A DNA stretch of 64,000 nt from Candidatus Dormiibacterota bacterium (GCA_955652705.1 CATPBK010000100.1:661-64660); one strand, 5' to 3'. Positions 54,697 through 64,000 are shown, counted from the stretch's first letter. Notes: generated by a model not told the origin, from the sequence alone. Made by a program: numbers and translations.

Positions 54697-55956
54697 TCAG
54701 CGCAGGAAGTCGACGGCCTCTTCCTTGCCGTCCCAGACCACTGTCGTGCGCGCCGGCTCGGTCCGCGCCACGACACGCCCGCCCCTGAGCACAAGGCGGC
54801 GCGGAGCGACGAGCCTGATGGCGTCCACCTCGGTCGGCGCCGCGAAGCAGACCAGGTCGGCCGGCTGTCCGGGCTCCAAACCGTAGGCCTCGATCCCGAG
54901 GGCGCGAGCGGAGTTGTACGTGATCATCTCGAAGAGTGTCTTCAGCTCGCGGTGTCCAGACATGTGCCCGTAATGGGCCAGCACGAAGGCGGCTTGCAGA
55001 GGGTCGCCATAACCGAGCGGATACCACGGGTCCATCACGGAGTCGTGGCCGATGCAGACGTTGACACCGGCTTCGAGGAGCTCCTTGACGCGCGTCATGC
55101 CACGCCGGATCGGATGGCTGTCGAAGCGGCCCTGCAGCACCGAGTTGTCGAGCGGGTTGGTCACCATGTTCATATGCGCGCGCCGCAGGTTGTTGATGAG
55201 CCGGTAGGCATAGGCGTTGTTGTAGGAACCCATCGCCGTGGTGTGGCTCGCGGTGACCCTGCCTTCCAGGCCCAGCCTGATCGTTTCCGCCGCCATCACT
55301 TCGCTGAACCGAGAGTGGTCGTCGTCGGTCTCGTCGCAATGGATGTCGACGCGCAAGCCGTGCTCGGCGGCCAGCTCGAACGCGAACTTGACCGATCGCT
55401 CGCCGTACTCGCGGGTCAGCTCGAAATGCGGGATCGCGCCGACCACATCGACGCCGAGCCCGACCGCCTTCTTCATCAGCTCCTCTCCACCGTCGAACGA
55501 TTGGATCCCCTGCTGAGGGAAGGCGACCAGCTGCAGCGTCATCTGCTCGCCGATCTCCTCCCGAAGCTCGAGCAGCGCTCGCACGGCCCGCAACTCGGGA
55601 TCGCAGACGTCGACGTGGCTGCGGACGTGCTGGACGCCGTTGGCGAGCTGCCAGCGGAGAACCTTACGGACCCGGCGCTTCACGTCTTTGATGGTCAGGT
55701 CCCGCACCCGCTCGGACCAGATCGCGATCCCTTCGAAGAGGGAGCCGCTCAAATTCCAGCGCGGCTCGCCGACCGTGAGCACGGCGTCCAGATGGATGTG
55801 CGGCTCGACCAGGGCCGGCGTGACGAGCCCGCCCTCGAGGTCGATCATCTCCGTCGCCTCTGCCTCCGGCGGCGCGAACGCTCCCTCCCGCACGCCGATG
55901 TCCGTCAGCTCGTCGGTCCCCATCAGGCGGGCGTTGCTGAGCAGGAGGTCGAGCAT
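54697..55956 (-). CDS. amidohydrolase, cytosine-deaminase-like
   Basis: 419 aa from the ATG at 55956 (MLDLLLSNARLMG...) with metal ligands EPHIHLDAV, VDIHCDETDD and IGHDSVMDPWYP. It is divergent from an NCS1 permease. Confidence 0.8.
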   Translation of the reverse strand: MLDLLLSNARLMGTDELTDIGVREGAFAPPEAEATEMIDLEGGLVTPALVEPHIHLDAVLTVGEPRWNLSGSLFEGIAIWSERVRDLTIKDVKRRVRKVLRWQLANGVQHVRSHVDVCDPELRAVRALLELREEIGEQMTLQLVAFPQQGIQSFDGGEELMKKAVGLGVDVVGAIPHFELTREYGERSVKFAFELAAEHGLRVDIHCDETDDDHSRFSEVMAAETIRLGLEGRVTASHTTAMGSYNNAYAYRLINNLRRAHMNMVTNPLDNSVLQGRFDSHPIRRGMTRVKELLEAGVNVCIGHDSVMDPWYPLGYGDPLQAAFVLAHYGHMSGHRELKTLFEMITYNSARALGIEAYGLEPGQPADLVCFAAPTEVDAIRLVAPRRLVLRGGRVVARTEPARTTVVWDGKEEAVDFLR

Positions 55957-56033
55957 TTTCTCTGCGAAGTTAGCAGCAAAAGGAAATAGACTTCGCCTTG
56001 TCCCGCGAGCCACTTCTTCTAGGGGGTAGATGA

Positions 56034-57503
56034 ATGGCGACGTCGACTGACAACGTCGAGCAGGTCGTACCGGTACGGGAGGGCGACTACGGGGAGAGGG
56101 TCGCCACCGTCGAGCCCGGGGGCGTGGAGTACATCTCGCTCCGGGAGCGCCACGGCAGGCCCATCGACCTCTTCTGGACCTGGCTCTCTCCAAACCTCGA
56201 GTTCGCGACCATCTTCGTCGGCATCATCGCTATCACGCTCTTCGGCCTCAACATGTGGGAGACGGCGACGGCCATCGTGATCGGCAGCGCGTTGGGATCC
56301 CTGACCCACGCCATCCTCTCGTCCTGGGGACCCAAGTTCGGCGTCCCCATGATGGTCGAGAGCAGGGGAGCGTTCGGGTTCCTCGGCAACATTCTCCCCG
56401 CGGGTCTCAACACAATCACCGGAGCCTTCGGCTGGTTCATAGTCAACAGCGTCAGCGGGTCGTTCGCGCTGCTCGCCCTCGTCGGCCTGCCGATCTCGTA
56501 CTTCTGGCTCGGCTTCCTTGTCATCGTCGTCGTCCAGGTGGTGATCGCCACTCTCGGCCACAACCTCATACACGTGTTCGAGCGCTGGGCACTGCCCCTC
56601 CTGGGGGTCGTCTTCGCCGCGGCCTGCATCTTCATCTTCATCAAGGGCAACTACGGCGTCGGCTACAACCCAAAGGCCGTCTTGGCCTCAGGCGAGTTCG
56701 GTGGCTGGCTTCTGCTTTTCACTGCAGCCTTTGGTTACGCGGCCGGCTGGAATCCTTATGCAGCCGACTACACGCGCTATCTGCCTCCCAATACGAGCCG
56801 CTTCATGGTCGCCTTCTGGGCAGGCTTGGGAGTCTTCGTCTCCTGTGTCGTTCTCGAGATGGCCGGCGCAGTCCTGGCCACAGTCGCGGGCACAAAGTGG
56901 GGGCCAAATGACATTCCGACACAGCAGCTCCAGAGGGCGATGCCAGATTTCGTCTACTACCTGACCTTGCTCTGCATCGCCGTCGGCGCGGTGGCCGCGA
57001 ACGCAATCAACATCTACAGCGGCACGATGTCTCTTGTCTCGCTGGGAATCCGTGAGATGGGGCTTACGCTCAGGCAGCGCAGGGCGGTGCTGGCCGTCGC
57101 GGCTGGCATCATCGGCTACTTCGGCGGCCTCTACTTGGAAGCTCAGGGCTACCAGGGCAAGTACGAGCAGTTCTTGTTGCTGATCAGCTACTGGATCGCA
57201 CCCTGGCTGGCGGTCGTACTCGTCGACTACTGGCTGCGCAAGGGTGACTACGGTAACGAGCGCGTCTTCTACGACACCAAGCACTTCCGTTGGCAGGGGT
57301 TCACCGCGATGGGGATCGGGCTGGTCGTCTCCATCTACCTCTTCTCGAACAATGCGCTCTACGTGGGCACGATTCCCAAGTCCAACCCACAGATCGGAGA
57401 CGTCACCTTCATCGTCGGTTTCGTCCTCGCCGCCGTGCTCTACTACGTTTTCAGTCTGGTGCAACCCGTCAAGACGCAGGCGGCCGTCGAGAAGGTCGCC
57501 TGA
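56034..57503 (+). CDS. NCS1 family purine/cytosine (nucleobase) permease
   Basis: 489 aa, 12-TM, with an N-terminal cytoplasmic VEYISLRERHGRPIDLFWTW typical of the CodB/FCY2-type family. Confidence 0.85.
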   Translation: MATSTDNVEQVVPVREGDYGERVATVEPGGVEYISLRERHGRPIDLFWTWLSPNLEFATIFVGIIAITLFGLNMWETATAIVIGSALGSLTHAILSSWGPKFGVPMMVESRGAFGFLGNILPAGLNTITGAFGWFIVNSVSGSFALLALVGLPISYFWLGFLVIVVVQVVIATLGHNLIHVFERWALPLLGVVFAAACIFIFIKGNYGVGYNPKAVLASGEFGGWLLLFTAAFGYAAGWNPYAADYTRYLPPNTSRFMVAFWAGLGVFVSCVVLEMAGAVLATVAGTKWGPNDIPTQQLQRAMPDFVYYLTLLCIAVGAVAANAINIYSGTMSLVSLGIREMGLTLRQRRAVLAVAAGIIGYFGGLYLEAQGYQGKYEQFLLLISYWIAPWLAVVLVDYWLRKGDYGNERVFYDTKHFRWQGFTAMGIGLVVSIYLFSNNALYVGTIPKSNPQIGDVTFIVGFVLAAVLYYVFSLVQPVKTQAAVEKVA

Positions 57504-57518
57504 CCGGAATCAGTTAGC

Positions 57519-58076
57519 TCAAGCCTTTTGTGCGCCAGCCGCGGTCATCACTTCGACCGCGGCGGCGCTGGTGTCCGGGGCCACCCCCACTATGTCTTCG
57601 GTGAGGAGTCGGACCTGGAAGCCCTCGGCGAGGGCGTCCATCACCGTCGCGCGCACGCAGTAGTCGGTGGCGATCCCGCCCACGTCGAGTCCCTCGATCC
57701 CGTTCTTCTTGAGCCAGTCGCCGAGCGATTCGCCGGTCGTCGTGTGGGCCTCGAACCCCGAGTAGGCGGCCGCCCGCTGCCCCTTGTCGAAGACCTCGTC
57801 GACGAGGTGCGTATCCAGGTTCGGGTGGAACTGGGCGCCGGGGCTGCCGGCGACGCAGTGCACCGGCCAGGACTCGTGGTAGTCGGGCTGCTCAGAGAAG
57901 TGCGCGCCAGGGTCCTCGTGCCAGTCCCGCGTCGCGACCACCGCCGCGTAGTCGGCGCGATGAGCGCGCGCGTGCTCGCTGATGCGACGCGCCACCTCGG
58001 CGCCACCCGCCACGGCCAGGCTGCCGCCTTCGCAGAAGTCGTTCTGCACGTCGACGATGACCAGGGCCCTCTTCAT
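57519..58076 (-). CDS. pncA: nicotinamidase/pyrazinamidase (isochorismatase family)
   Basis: 185 aa with MKRALVIVDVQNDFCEGGSLAV, a catalytic Cys context (GIATDYCV) and metal-binding DWH. Confidence 0.85.
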   Translation of the reverse strand: MKRALVIVDVQNDFCEGGSLAVAGGAEVARRISEHARAHRADYAAVVATRDWHEDPGAHFSEQPDYHESWPVHCVAGSPGAQFHPNLDTHLVDEVFDKGQRAAAYSGFEAHTTTGESLGDWLKKNGIEGLDVGGIATDYCVRATVMDALAEGFQVRLLTEDIVGVAPDTSAAAVEVMTAAGAQKA

Positions 58077-58647
58077 GGAGGACTATTTTGCGGTGGCCGA
58101 GACTCCCGAGGACCACATCCGGCTGGAAGCGGACATCGACTCCGAGCTGGCGGCGTTGGCGGGCAACCCGCGCGCCAGCCTCTACCGGCGGCTGCTTTCT
58201 AGCTATCCAGCCGGCGTCTGCGTGGTCACGGCGTTCGACGAGTACGGCGGGCCGCGCGGCCTGACCCTGATCGCCTTTTGCGGTGTCTCGCTGGACCCCC
58301 CGCTGGTGCTCGTTTGCGTTGACCGCGCCTCCAACACGCTGCCGGCGATCCAGGCCACGGGTGGCTTTACCGTCAACTTCCTGGGCAGCGGCAGCCCTCA
58401 TGTGGCCCGGCTTATGTCGACCAAGGCGGAGGACAAGTTCGAGAGCATCGCCTGGGTGTCGCCCAGCCAGCCGGAGGGCGGTCCGATCCTGCACGAGGAC
58501 TCCGCCGGGTACATCGTCTGCCGGACCTGGCACTCGGTCGAGGCGGGCGACCACTGGGTCTTTGTCGGCGAAGTCCTCGACGGCGCCGTCGAAGAGGACC
58601 GGCTGCCGCTCGTCTTCCACCGGCGCCGGTACCGGGAGCTCGGCTAA
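58075..58647 (+). CDS. flavin reductase family protein (FMN-binding split barrel)
   Basis: 190 aa from the ATG at 58075, with core LLSSYPAGVCVVTAFDEYGGPRGLTLIAFCGVSLDPPLVLVCV. The ATG overlaps the pncA ATG on the other strand (CATG). Confidence 0.75.
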   Translation: MEDYFAVAETPEDHIRLEADIDSELAALAGNPRASLYRRLLSSYPAGVCVVTAFDEYGGPRGLTLIAFCGVSLDPPLVLVCVDRASNTLPAIQATGGFTVNFLGSGSPHVARLMSTKAEDKFESIAWVSPSQPEGGPILHEDSAGYIVCRTWHSVEAGDHWVFVGEVLDGAVEEDRLPLVFHRRRYRELG

Positions 58648-60053
58648 CTCGCGGTCGCGAGCCGGTCGCGGAGGCCCGTAAGGAGCGGATAGAGCCCTTC
58701 GGCGCTTTTGACCGCACTCGTATCCAGCCCAAACTCGCGGCGAGCGAGAAGGAATGGGTGGAGCTGCTCCCCGCCGGCCGAGCCATGGCCTCCGACCTGG
58801 TTCTCAAAGTTGACCTGGCGACCTTCGTGATAGCGGCCGAAGACCACCAGGTCGCCCGAATGCTGGAAAGAGTTGAGGCGGCTCAGCTGAGCTCCGATCA
58901 CGTCGGGATCGTCCAGCCCGGCGAGCAGCTGGCGAGGGTTGGCGAGGCGGCCTTCGCCCGTTACGTAGACGTCGCGATCGCCGTCTCGGAGCATGACAAA
59001 GCCGATGCGTTCGAGGCCGGCCAGGCGCTCGACAAGCCCAGGGAACCGGCGGTCGATCTCCGGCCCCTGGAGCCGCCCCGGCAGGTCCCGGAAGTAGACG
59101 TGCCCAAGCCCGCCGGAGTAGGTGATGACGACCCGCCCGGCCGCCGGGTTCTCCAGGCCGAACCGGCCGCCCTTGAACTCCTGCACCTGGTGGCCGGGAA
59201 GCCACTCGGCCAGGATGCCGCCCAGCTGGCGCCCATCCTTACGGACGAAGGGCTCGGTCTCGACCTGGCCGTGATCGGAGAGGACGACCAGCTCGTAGCG
59301 GTCCCGCGCACGGCGCGCCGCGAGCCGGATCGTGTGGTCGACGTGGCGCAGGATACGCAGGCTCTCCGGGTGCTCCGGGCCGAAAGCGTGCGCCGCCTCG
59401 TCGAAGGTGTAGTAGCAGGCATAGATGACGGGCAAGCCCTCTTCGATTGCCTGCAGCAGAGCGAACCGGGTCAGATGATGGACGACCACCTCGTGGTAGA
59501 GGTCGGCGATCACGTAGTTGCCGGCCGCTCTCCCGCCGCGAAGGCGCGCTTTGAGATAAGCGCCCGTGATCATCGCCACCGACCAGCCGCCGTGGCGGAT
59601 CCAGTAATAGAGCGTCACCGGATTGGTCAGGAAAGGCAGGATGACCTTGCGGTTGACGTCGGTGTGGCGCTCCTCGTAGGCAGGGCCGAAGCGGTCCTGG
59701 TCCCCGGCTGCGTAGAGGGCGGCGATGCAGCAGCCGCCTCTGGTCAGGGGCTCGCGCCCCTGGAAGTACTTGCCGGCCACCTTGTGGAAGGTCGAACCGC
59801 TGCCGAAGCCGACCAGCAGGTCACGCTCCTTGTCCCACCAGCGGTAAGAAGGGATCTCGTCGTTGTCGCCGTAGAGAATCCCGGCCTGCGCAAAAGGCGT
59901 GGTCGAGGGCACGCCGCAGCGGTAAGGAAGCGCTTCGTAGCCATCCTCCACGAGCATCCGGCTGATGAACGGCATCTGGCCCGCGGCCACCGCGCGCAGG
60001 AGGTTGGCGTGGCTCAACCCATCGACGTGGATGACGATCAGACCTCGCCCCAC
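58644..60053 (-). CDS. alkaline phosphatase superfamily protein (nucleotide pyrophosphatase/phosphodiesterase-like)
   Basis: 469 aa with N-terminal LIVIHVDGLSHANL and later LSDHGQ metal-site motifs. Confidence 0.65.
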   Translation of the reverse strand: MGRGLIVIHVDGLSHANLLRAVAAGQMPFISRMLVEDGYEALPYRCGVPSTTPFAQAGILYGDNDEIPSYRWWDKERDLLVGFGSGSTFHKVAGKYFQGREPLTRGGCCIAALYAAGDQDRFGPAYEERHTDVNRKVILPFLTNPVTLYYWIRHGGWSVAMITGAYLKARLRGGRAAGNYVIADLYHEVVVHHLTRFALLQAIEEGLPVIYACYYTFDEAAHAFGPEHPESLRILRHVDHTIRLAARRARDRYELVVLSDHGQVETEPFVRKDGRQLGGILAEWLPGHQVQEFKGGRFGLENPAAGRVVITYSGGLGHVYFRDLPGRLQGPEIDRRFPGLVERLAGLERIGFVMLRDGDRDVYVTGEGRLANPRQLLAGLDDPDVIGAQLSRLNSFQHSGDLVVFGRYHEGRQVNFENQVGGHGSAGGEQLHPFLLARREFGLDTSAVKSAEGLYPLLTGLRDRLATAS

Positions 60054-60101
60054 GCCGGCAGTTAAGCGGAAACCGCCGGCCCGCGCGCGTCCGGGCCGCT
60101 G

Positions 60102-61403
60102 TCAGCGGTTCGGGGTGCGCCGGTGTCCGCGAGCGTTGCGGTTCCGAACCAGCTCGGCGTCTGCCCGGGCCAGTAGCGCCGGACCCCGCTCTGCCGGGCC
60201 CTTCAAGGCGGCCAGGCCGAAGCTGAACGTGAGGCCGGTACTGGCGCCCGACCGGCGGGCGTCCTCCAGGATCCGCCGCGCGTCCGCCGGGGAGGCGCCG
60301 GGCAGCACACAGACGAACTCGTCACCCCCATACCGGAACACGACGTCTTCAGCGCGGAGCCGTTGGCCCAAGGACGCGGCCGCGGCTTTCAGCAGGGCGT
60401 CGCCGGCGGCGTGTCCCTTGGAGTCGTTGATGCTTTTCAGGCCGTCCACGTCAACAAAGGCGACAGTGAGAGCCGCGCCGAGGCGGCGGGCCCGCGCCAC
60501 CTCCCGCTCGAGGGTAGCCAGCCCGGCCGCTCGCCGCATGACGCCTGTCAATTCGTCGAAGGCGACCTTGTCGCGGAGCAGCTCCAGCTCGGTCCCGCCC
60601 AGGGCCGCGAGCCGGTCCGGCTCGATGCCCAGCTCAGCGGCGAGAGATTGGATCGCGAGAGCCTGGCGGCGCCTCCCAGCCGCCGCCAGGGTTCGGGCCA
60701 AAAGCAGCAACCAGATCACGAGCAACAGCGGCAGGACCGCGAGCGTGACTGCCAGGTTGGCCGGGAGGTTCGGCAAAGCGATCGGAAGTGGCGGGAGGTT
60801 GATCCCGGCCCGGACGCGGAGCGGCGGATCGTCGAGGCGCGGCTGCGCCGGTGCGATCGCCAGTCCCCCGCCCGCCAGCCCCGCCTGCGGTTGAATCGCG
60901 ACGGACGCGGCAGGGGCGCCGCCGATCACGACGAAGGCGCCCGGAATGGCCGGCGCCGCTCTCGGCACGGCCCCCCTGACGGTCGGTGTGGTCTGTGTCG
61001 TCTGTATCGTCTGTGTCGCCGGGGGCGTCGATGTCGATCGGGGCTGAGGGGGTTGCACCACTGGATTCGGGGTCGGGGTCGGGGCCGGGGTCGGCGTCGG
61101 GCCGGGACCGGTCACCGGCGACCTGGGAGGAGGATTTTGGCGGTCACGGCTCTGGGTCGCGATCCTGAAGGCCCGGGAGCTCGGATTCTGGTTGCCGCGC
61201 TGCTCCCTGCCCTGGTGGCCGTCGTTGCCCTTCTCCCCGCCTTGGGCCCGGTGCTGGGAACCATTGGAGCTTCCCTGCTCGTGCTGGGAGTTCCCCTTTC
61301 CGTGATGCTCCGAGGAGTCGGCCAGGGCGAGGACAGGCGCCGCGAACAGGGACAGCCCGGCCAAGCCGGTGGCGAGGATGAGACGGACCAGAACGACTGC
61401 CAC
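60102..61403 (-). CDS. membrane-anchored diguanylate cyclase (GGDEF domain)
   Basis: The GTG at 61403 gives MAVVLVRLILATGLAGLSLFAAPVLALA (signal/TM1). A His/Gln/Gly/Asn- and Thr/Pro-rich extracytoplasmic region follows, then TM2 (LAVLPLLLVIWLLLLA), then GGDEF with an intact RYGGDEF and an RAED I-site 5 residues upstream. The track ORF (622 aa) is over-extended. Confidence 0.75.
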   Translation of the reverse strand: MAVVLVRLILATGLAGLSLFAAPVLALADSSEHHGKGNSQHEQGSSNGSQHRAQGGEKGNDGHQGREQRGNQNPSSRAFRIATQSRDRQNPPPRSPVTGPGPTPTPAPTPTPNPVVQPPQPRSTSTPPATQTIQTTQTTPTVRGAVPRAAPAIPGAFVVIGGAPAASVAIQPQAGLAGGGLAIAPAQPRLDDPPLRVRAGINLPPLPIALPNLPANLAVTLAVLPLLLVIWLLLLARTLAAAGRRRQALAIQSLAAELGIEPDRLAALGGTELELLRDKVAFDELTGVMRRAAGLATLEREVARARRLGAALTVAFVDVDGLKSINDSKGHAAGDALLKAAAASLGQRLRAEDVVFRYGGDEFVCVLPGASPADARRILEDARRSGASTGLTFSFGLAALKGPAERGPALLARADAELVRNRNARGHRRTPNR

Positions 61404-61526
61404 CTGTAGAGATAAACAACGGGGAATCCCCCTCTCTTGCGTGGGCGGCCCAAGATCCTCTCCGCCCGAAACCGGTCCCTCAGGTCGCCGTCCAGGCGCC
61501 TCAAACGACTCCGCCATACTGGCGTC

Positions 61527-63020
61527 GTGACCACCCCCTCCAGGCCCGACGTGATCGTGGTCGGCTCGGGGTCGGGCGGGGGCGTGGTCGCGAGCCGCCT
61601 CTCCGAGGATCCCGCCCTTCGGGTCCTCCTGCTGGAGGCCGGGCCGGATTTCCCCGACCTCGGGAGCGTGCCAGATGCGGTCCTCCACTGCCGCCTCGGG
61701 AGCGGCGTCAACGAGCTGGACTGGGACTACCTGGACCGGGGCGCCCGCTCCGCGCTGCCCCGGGGGCGGCTCGTCGGCGGCAGCTCGAGCGTGAACTCGA
61801 CGTTCGCCCTGCGGGGCCAGCCCGAGGACTACGATGCCTGGGCCGCGCTCGGCGCGCCGTCGTGGACCTGGGACGAGTGCCTGCCGTACTTTCGTAAGCT
61901 GGAAACCGACGAGGACTACGGTGTCCGCGCTTACCACGGGTCCAGCGGTCCGATCCATGTCCGTCGTCATCCTCTCGACGACTTCCAGCAGGCGGTTCTA
62001 GAAGCCTGCCTGGAAGCGGGCCACCCGCGTCTCGACGATCTTAACGAACCCGGCGGAATTGGTGCCGGTCCACTCCCGCGCAACCTCGACGCCGAGGATC
62101 GTCGCCAGAGTGTCCTGATCACCTACCTCGCCCAGGCTCGCCAGCGGCCCAACCTGGAGATCCTGGGAGGCGCGCTCGTCGACACCCTGCTGATTACCGC
62201 CGGGCGCGCGACCGGGGTCCGCCTCGCCTCCGGGGAGGAGATCGTGGGCGGCCGCGTGGTCCTCGCCGCTGGCGCCTACAACTCGCCGCAGCTGCTGCAG
62301 CGCAGCGGAATCGGTCCCCGTGAGTTCCTCGCCGCGGCCGGGATCGACGTCGTCCAGGAGCTGCCGGGCGTCGGGCGCCACCTGCTCGACCACGCCTCGA
62401 CGCTGGTCGCCCTGGACACCGGCCGCAAGGCTCCCTCGGGCTTCATCCCGATCGGCCCGAGCTGCAAGCTGCGCACGCGCGGTGGGCTCGCCGTCGACGA
62501 CGTCAAGTTCACGTTCGTATTCGGCGAGCTGTTCGCGATGCCGGGGCTGTCCGGGCTCTACGTGGAGGTCAGCAACTGCACTTCCGAGGGCGAGGTCCGG
62601 GTGCGGTCCCGAGAACCCGAGGCCGAGCCGCACATCGCGCATCGCTTCTTCTCGGATCCGGCCGACCTCGACCGGGCGCTGGGCGGAACGCTGGCCGCTA
62701 TCGAAGTCGCCCGCGTCATGGCCGACAGCATGCGCTGCGAGCAGCTCCTGCCCGATGCGCAGATCGCGCGCGACCCGGAGGCGGTACGCCAGCACATCCT
62801 CGATTTCCACGCCACCGACTACCACCCGTGTGGGACCTGCAAGATGGGAGCCGAGTCCGATCCGCTGGCTGTGGTCGACGACCATTGCCGGCTGCGCGGG
62901 ATTGACAATCTTTACATCGCCGACGCATCGGTTATGCCGACCGTGCCCCGCTGCAACATCAACGTGCCGACGATGATGGTCGGCGAGCGGGTCGCGGATT
63001 ACGTCCGAGCCGAGCTCTAG
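61527..63020 (+). CDS. GMC family (choline-dehydrogenase-like) FAD oxidoreductase
   Basis: The GTG at 61527 gives (M)TTPSRPDVIVVGSGSGGGVVASRLSEDPALRVLLLEAG. The GMC C-terminal region (HPCGTCKMG) is present. The track start at 61437 adds 30 Arg-rich residues. Confidence 0.85.
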   Translation: MTTPSRPDVIVVGSGSGGGVVASRLSEDPALRVLLLEAGPDFPDLGSVPDAVLHCRLGSGVNELDWDYLDRGARSALPRGRLVGGSSSVNSTFALRGQPEDYDAWAALGAPSWTWDECLPYFRKLETDEDYGVRAYHGSSGPIHVRRHPLDDFQQAVLEACLEAGHPRLDDLNEPGGIGAGPLPRNLDAEDRRQSVLITYLAQARQRPNLEILGGALVDTLLITAGRATGVRLASGEEIVGGRVVLAAGAYNSPQLLQRSGIGPREFLAAAGIDVVQELPGVGRHLLDHASTLVALDTGRKAPSGFIPIGPSCKLRTRGGLAVDDVKFTFVFGELFAMPGLSGLYVEVSNCTSEGEVRVRSREPEAEPHIAHRFFSDPADLDRALGGTLAAIEVARVMADSMRCEQLLPDAQIARDPEAVRQHILDFHATDYHPCGTCKMGAESDPLAVVDDHCRLRGIDNLYIADASVMPTVPRCNINVPTMMVGERVADYVRAEL

Positions 63021-63038
63021 CGCCTGACCTAGAGCGAA

Positions 63039-64000
63039 TCAGCGCGAGGCCGAAACCTGGCTCGCGGCGGCCTGCCGGAGAACCTCCGCCTTGTCGGTGC
63101 GCTCCCAGGGCAGATCGAGGTCATCGCGGCCGAAATGCCCATAAGCCGCCGTCTGGCGGTAGATGGGCCGGCGCAGGTCCAGGTGATGGATGATGGCCGC
63201 CGGGCGGAGGTCGAAATGGGCCCGAAGCAGCCGCAGGATGTCCGCCTCCGGGATCGTGTTGGTGCCGAACGTCTCCAGCGCGATCGAGGTCGGGTGCGCG
63301 CGCCCGATCGCATAAGAAAGCTGCACCTCGCAGCGCTCGGCCAGGCCCGCCGCGACCAGGTTCTTGGCGACATAGCGCGCTGCGTACGCGGCCGACCTGT
63401 CGACCTTGGAGGGGTCCTTCCCGCTGAACGCGCCACCGCCGTGACGGGCGACGCCCCCGTAAGTGTCGACGATGATCTTGCGGCCGGTGAGGCCGGCGTC
63501 GGCCGACGGACCGCCCAGCTCGAAGCGGCCGCTTGGGTTGACCATGATTTTGGTTGCGGAGTCGACCATCCCGGCCGGCAGCACTTTGTCGATCACCTGC
63601 TCGCGCACGCCGCGCTCGATCTCCTCGTTCGTGACACCCGCGGCGTGGTGCGTCGAGACCACAATCGCCTCGATTCGCCGCGGTTTGCCGTAGGCGTACT
63701 CGACAGTGACCTGGGCCTTGCCGTCGGGCCGCAGCCAGGGCAGCGAACCTTCGTGGCGAGCCTGCGCCAGGCGCCGCGTCAGCCCGTTGGCGAGCGAGAT
63801 CGTGAGCGGCATCAGCTGGGGCGTCTCGGTGCAGGCAAAGCCGATCATCATTCCCTGGTCACCCGCGCCCTGGAGCTCGAACGGGTCATCGTCGAGGTCA
63901 CCGGTCCGCTCTTCGAGCGAGTGGTCGACACCCGCCGCGATGTCGGGTGACTGCTCCTTCAAGTAGACGGAGATGTTGGCGTGATCAGCGTCGAATCCGA
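63039..64000 (-). CDS. metK: S-adenosylmethionine synthase (partial; 5' end beyond window end)
   Basis: Motifs [29 protein letters not shown] and the C-terminal domain are present. The frame stays open upstream of the track's internal Met up to the window edge. Confidence 0.93.
   Translation of the reverse strand, partial: GFDADHANISVYLKEQSPDIAAGVDHSLEERTGDLDDDPFELQGAGDQGMMIGFACTETPQLMPLTISLANGLTRRLAQARHEGSLPWLRPDGKAQVTVEYAYGKPRRIEAIVVSTHHAAGVTNEEIERGVREQVIDKVLPAGMVDSATKIMVNPSGRFELGGPSADAGLTGRKIIVDTYGGVARHGGGAFSGKDPSKVDRSAAYAARYVAKNLVAAGLAERCEVQLSYAIGRAHPTSIALETFGTNTIPEADILRLLRAHFDLRPAAIIHHLDLRRPIYRQTAAYGHFGRDDLDLPWERTDKAEVLRQAAASQVSASR

Noticed and set aside
61404-61970. Upstream 189 codons of the 622-aa DGC ORF, and the 30-codon extension of the GMC oxidoreductase (61437-61526)
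   Set aside because: The two extensions overlap each other on opposite strands and are Arg/Gly/Pro-rich. A signal-peptide-like start (GTG 61403) and the GMC dinucleotide-fold start (GTG 61527) leave a sensible 123-nt divergent promoter region.

Overview
High-GC bacterial chromosomal window (roughly two-thirds G+C by eye), almost fully coding on both strands. Core housekeeping genes dominate: dnaG-rpoD, ppdK, glyQS, recO, prs-glmU, lon, ispE, rpsT, holA-comEC-comEA, leuS and partial metK. There are three tRNAs: Asn-GTT, Gln-TTG and Ala-CGC. Metabolic modules include a divergent APC permease + FAD oxidase // two class-III aminotransferases + aldehyde dehydrogenase cluster that looks like polyamine/GABA catabolism. 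Others are a cytosine-deaminase-like amidohydrolase // NCS1 permease pair, pncA, and acyl-CoA dehydrogenase. The rpsT / holA-comEC-comEA ... leuS synteny and a bS22-type 32-aa ribosomal protein gene suggest an actinobacterium-like (Terrabacteria) lineage, but no rRNA is present to place it. Many long ORFs in the supplied track are GC-driven shadow frames or N-terminal over-extensions; I trimmed them using conserved N-termini, Shine-Dalgarno-like sequences and stop/start overlaps. I found no CRISPR array, prophage, or recognisable defence or toxin-antitoxin system. Observations worth a second look: (1) a complete REPtron, a RayT-type transposase flanked by inverted GTAG-headed REP hairpins; (2) a 216-bp MITE-like palindromic element with 20-nt terminal inverted repeats and CTAG flanks, plus a third solo copy of its end 40 kb away; (3) an anomalous 742-nt structured non-coding gap at 600-1341; (4) a bS22 mini-gene missed by the ORF track; (5) ribosomal protein S20 with a Lys/Ala-repeat histone-like tail; (6) an FG-GAP propeller protein whose lipoprotein signal peptide sits in a different frame; (7) probable CTG starts in CTGA stop/start overlaps; (8) head-to-head overlapping start codons. 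All calls rest on reading translations and motifs by eye. No database search or folding program was run.
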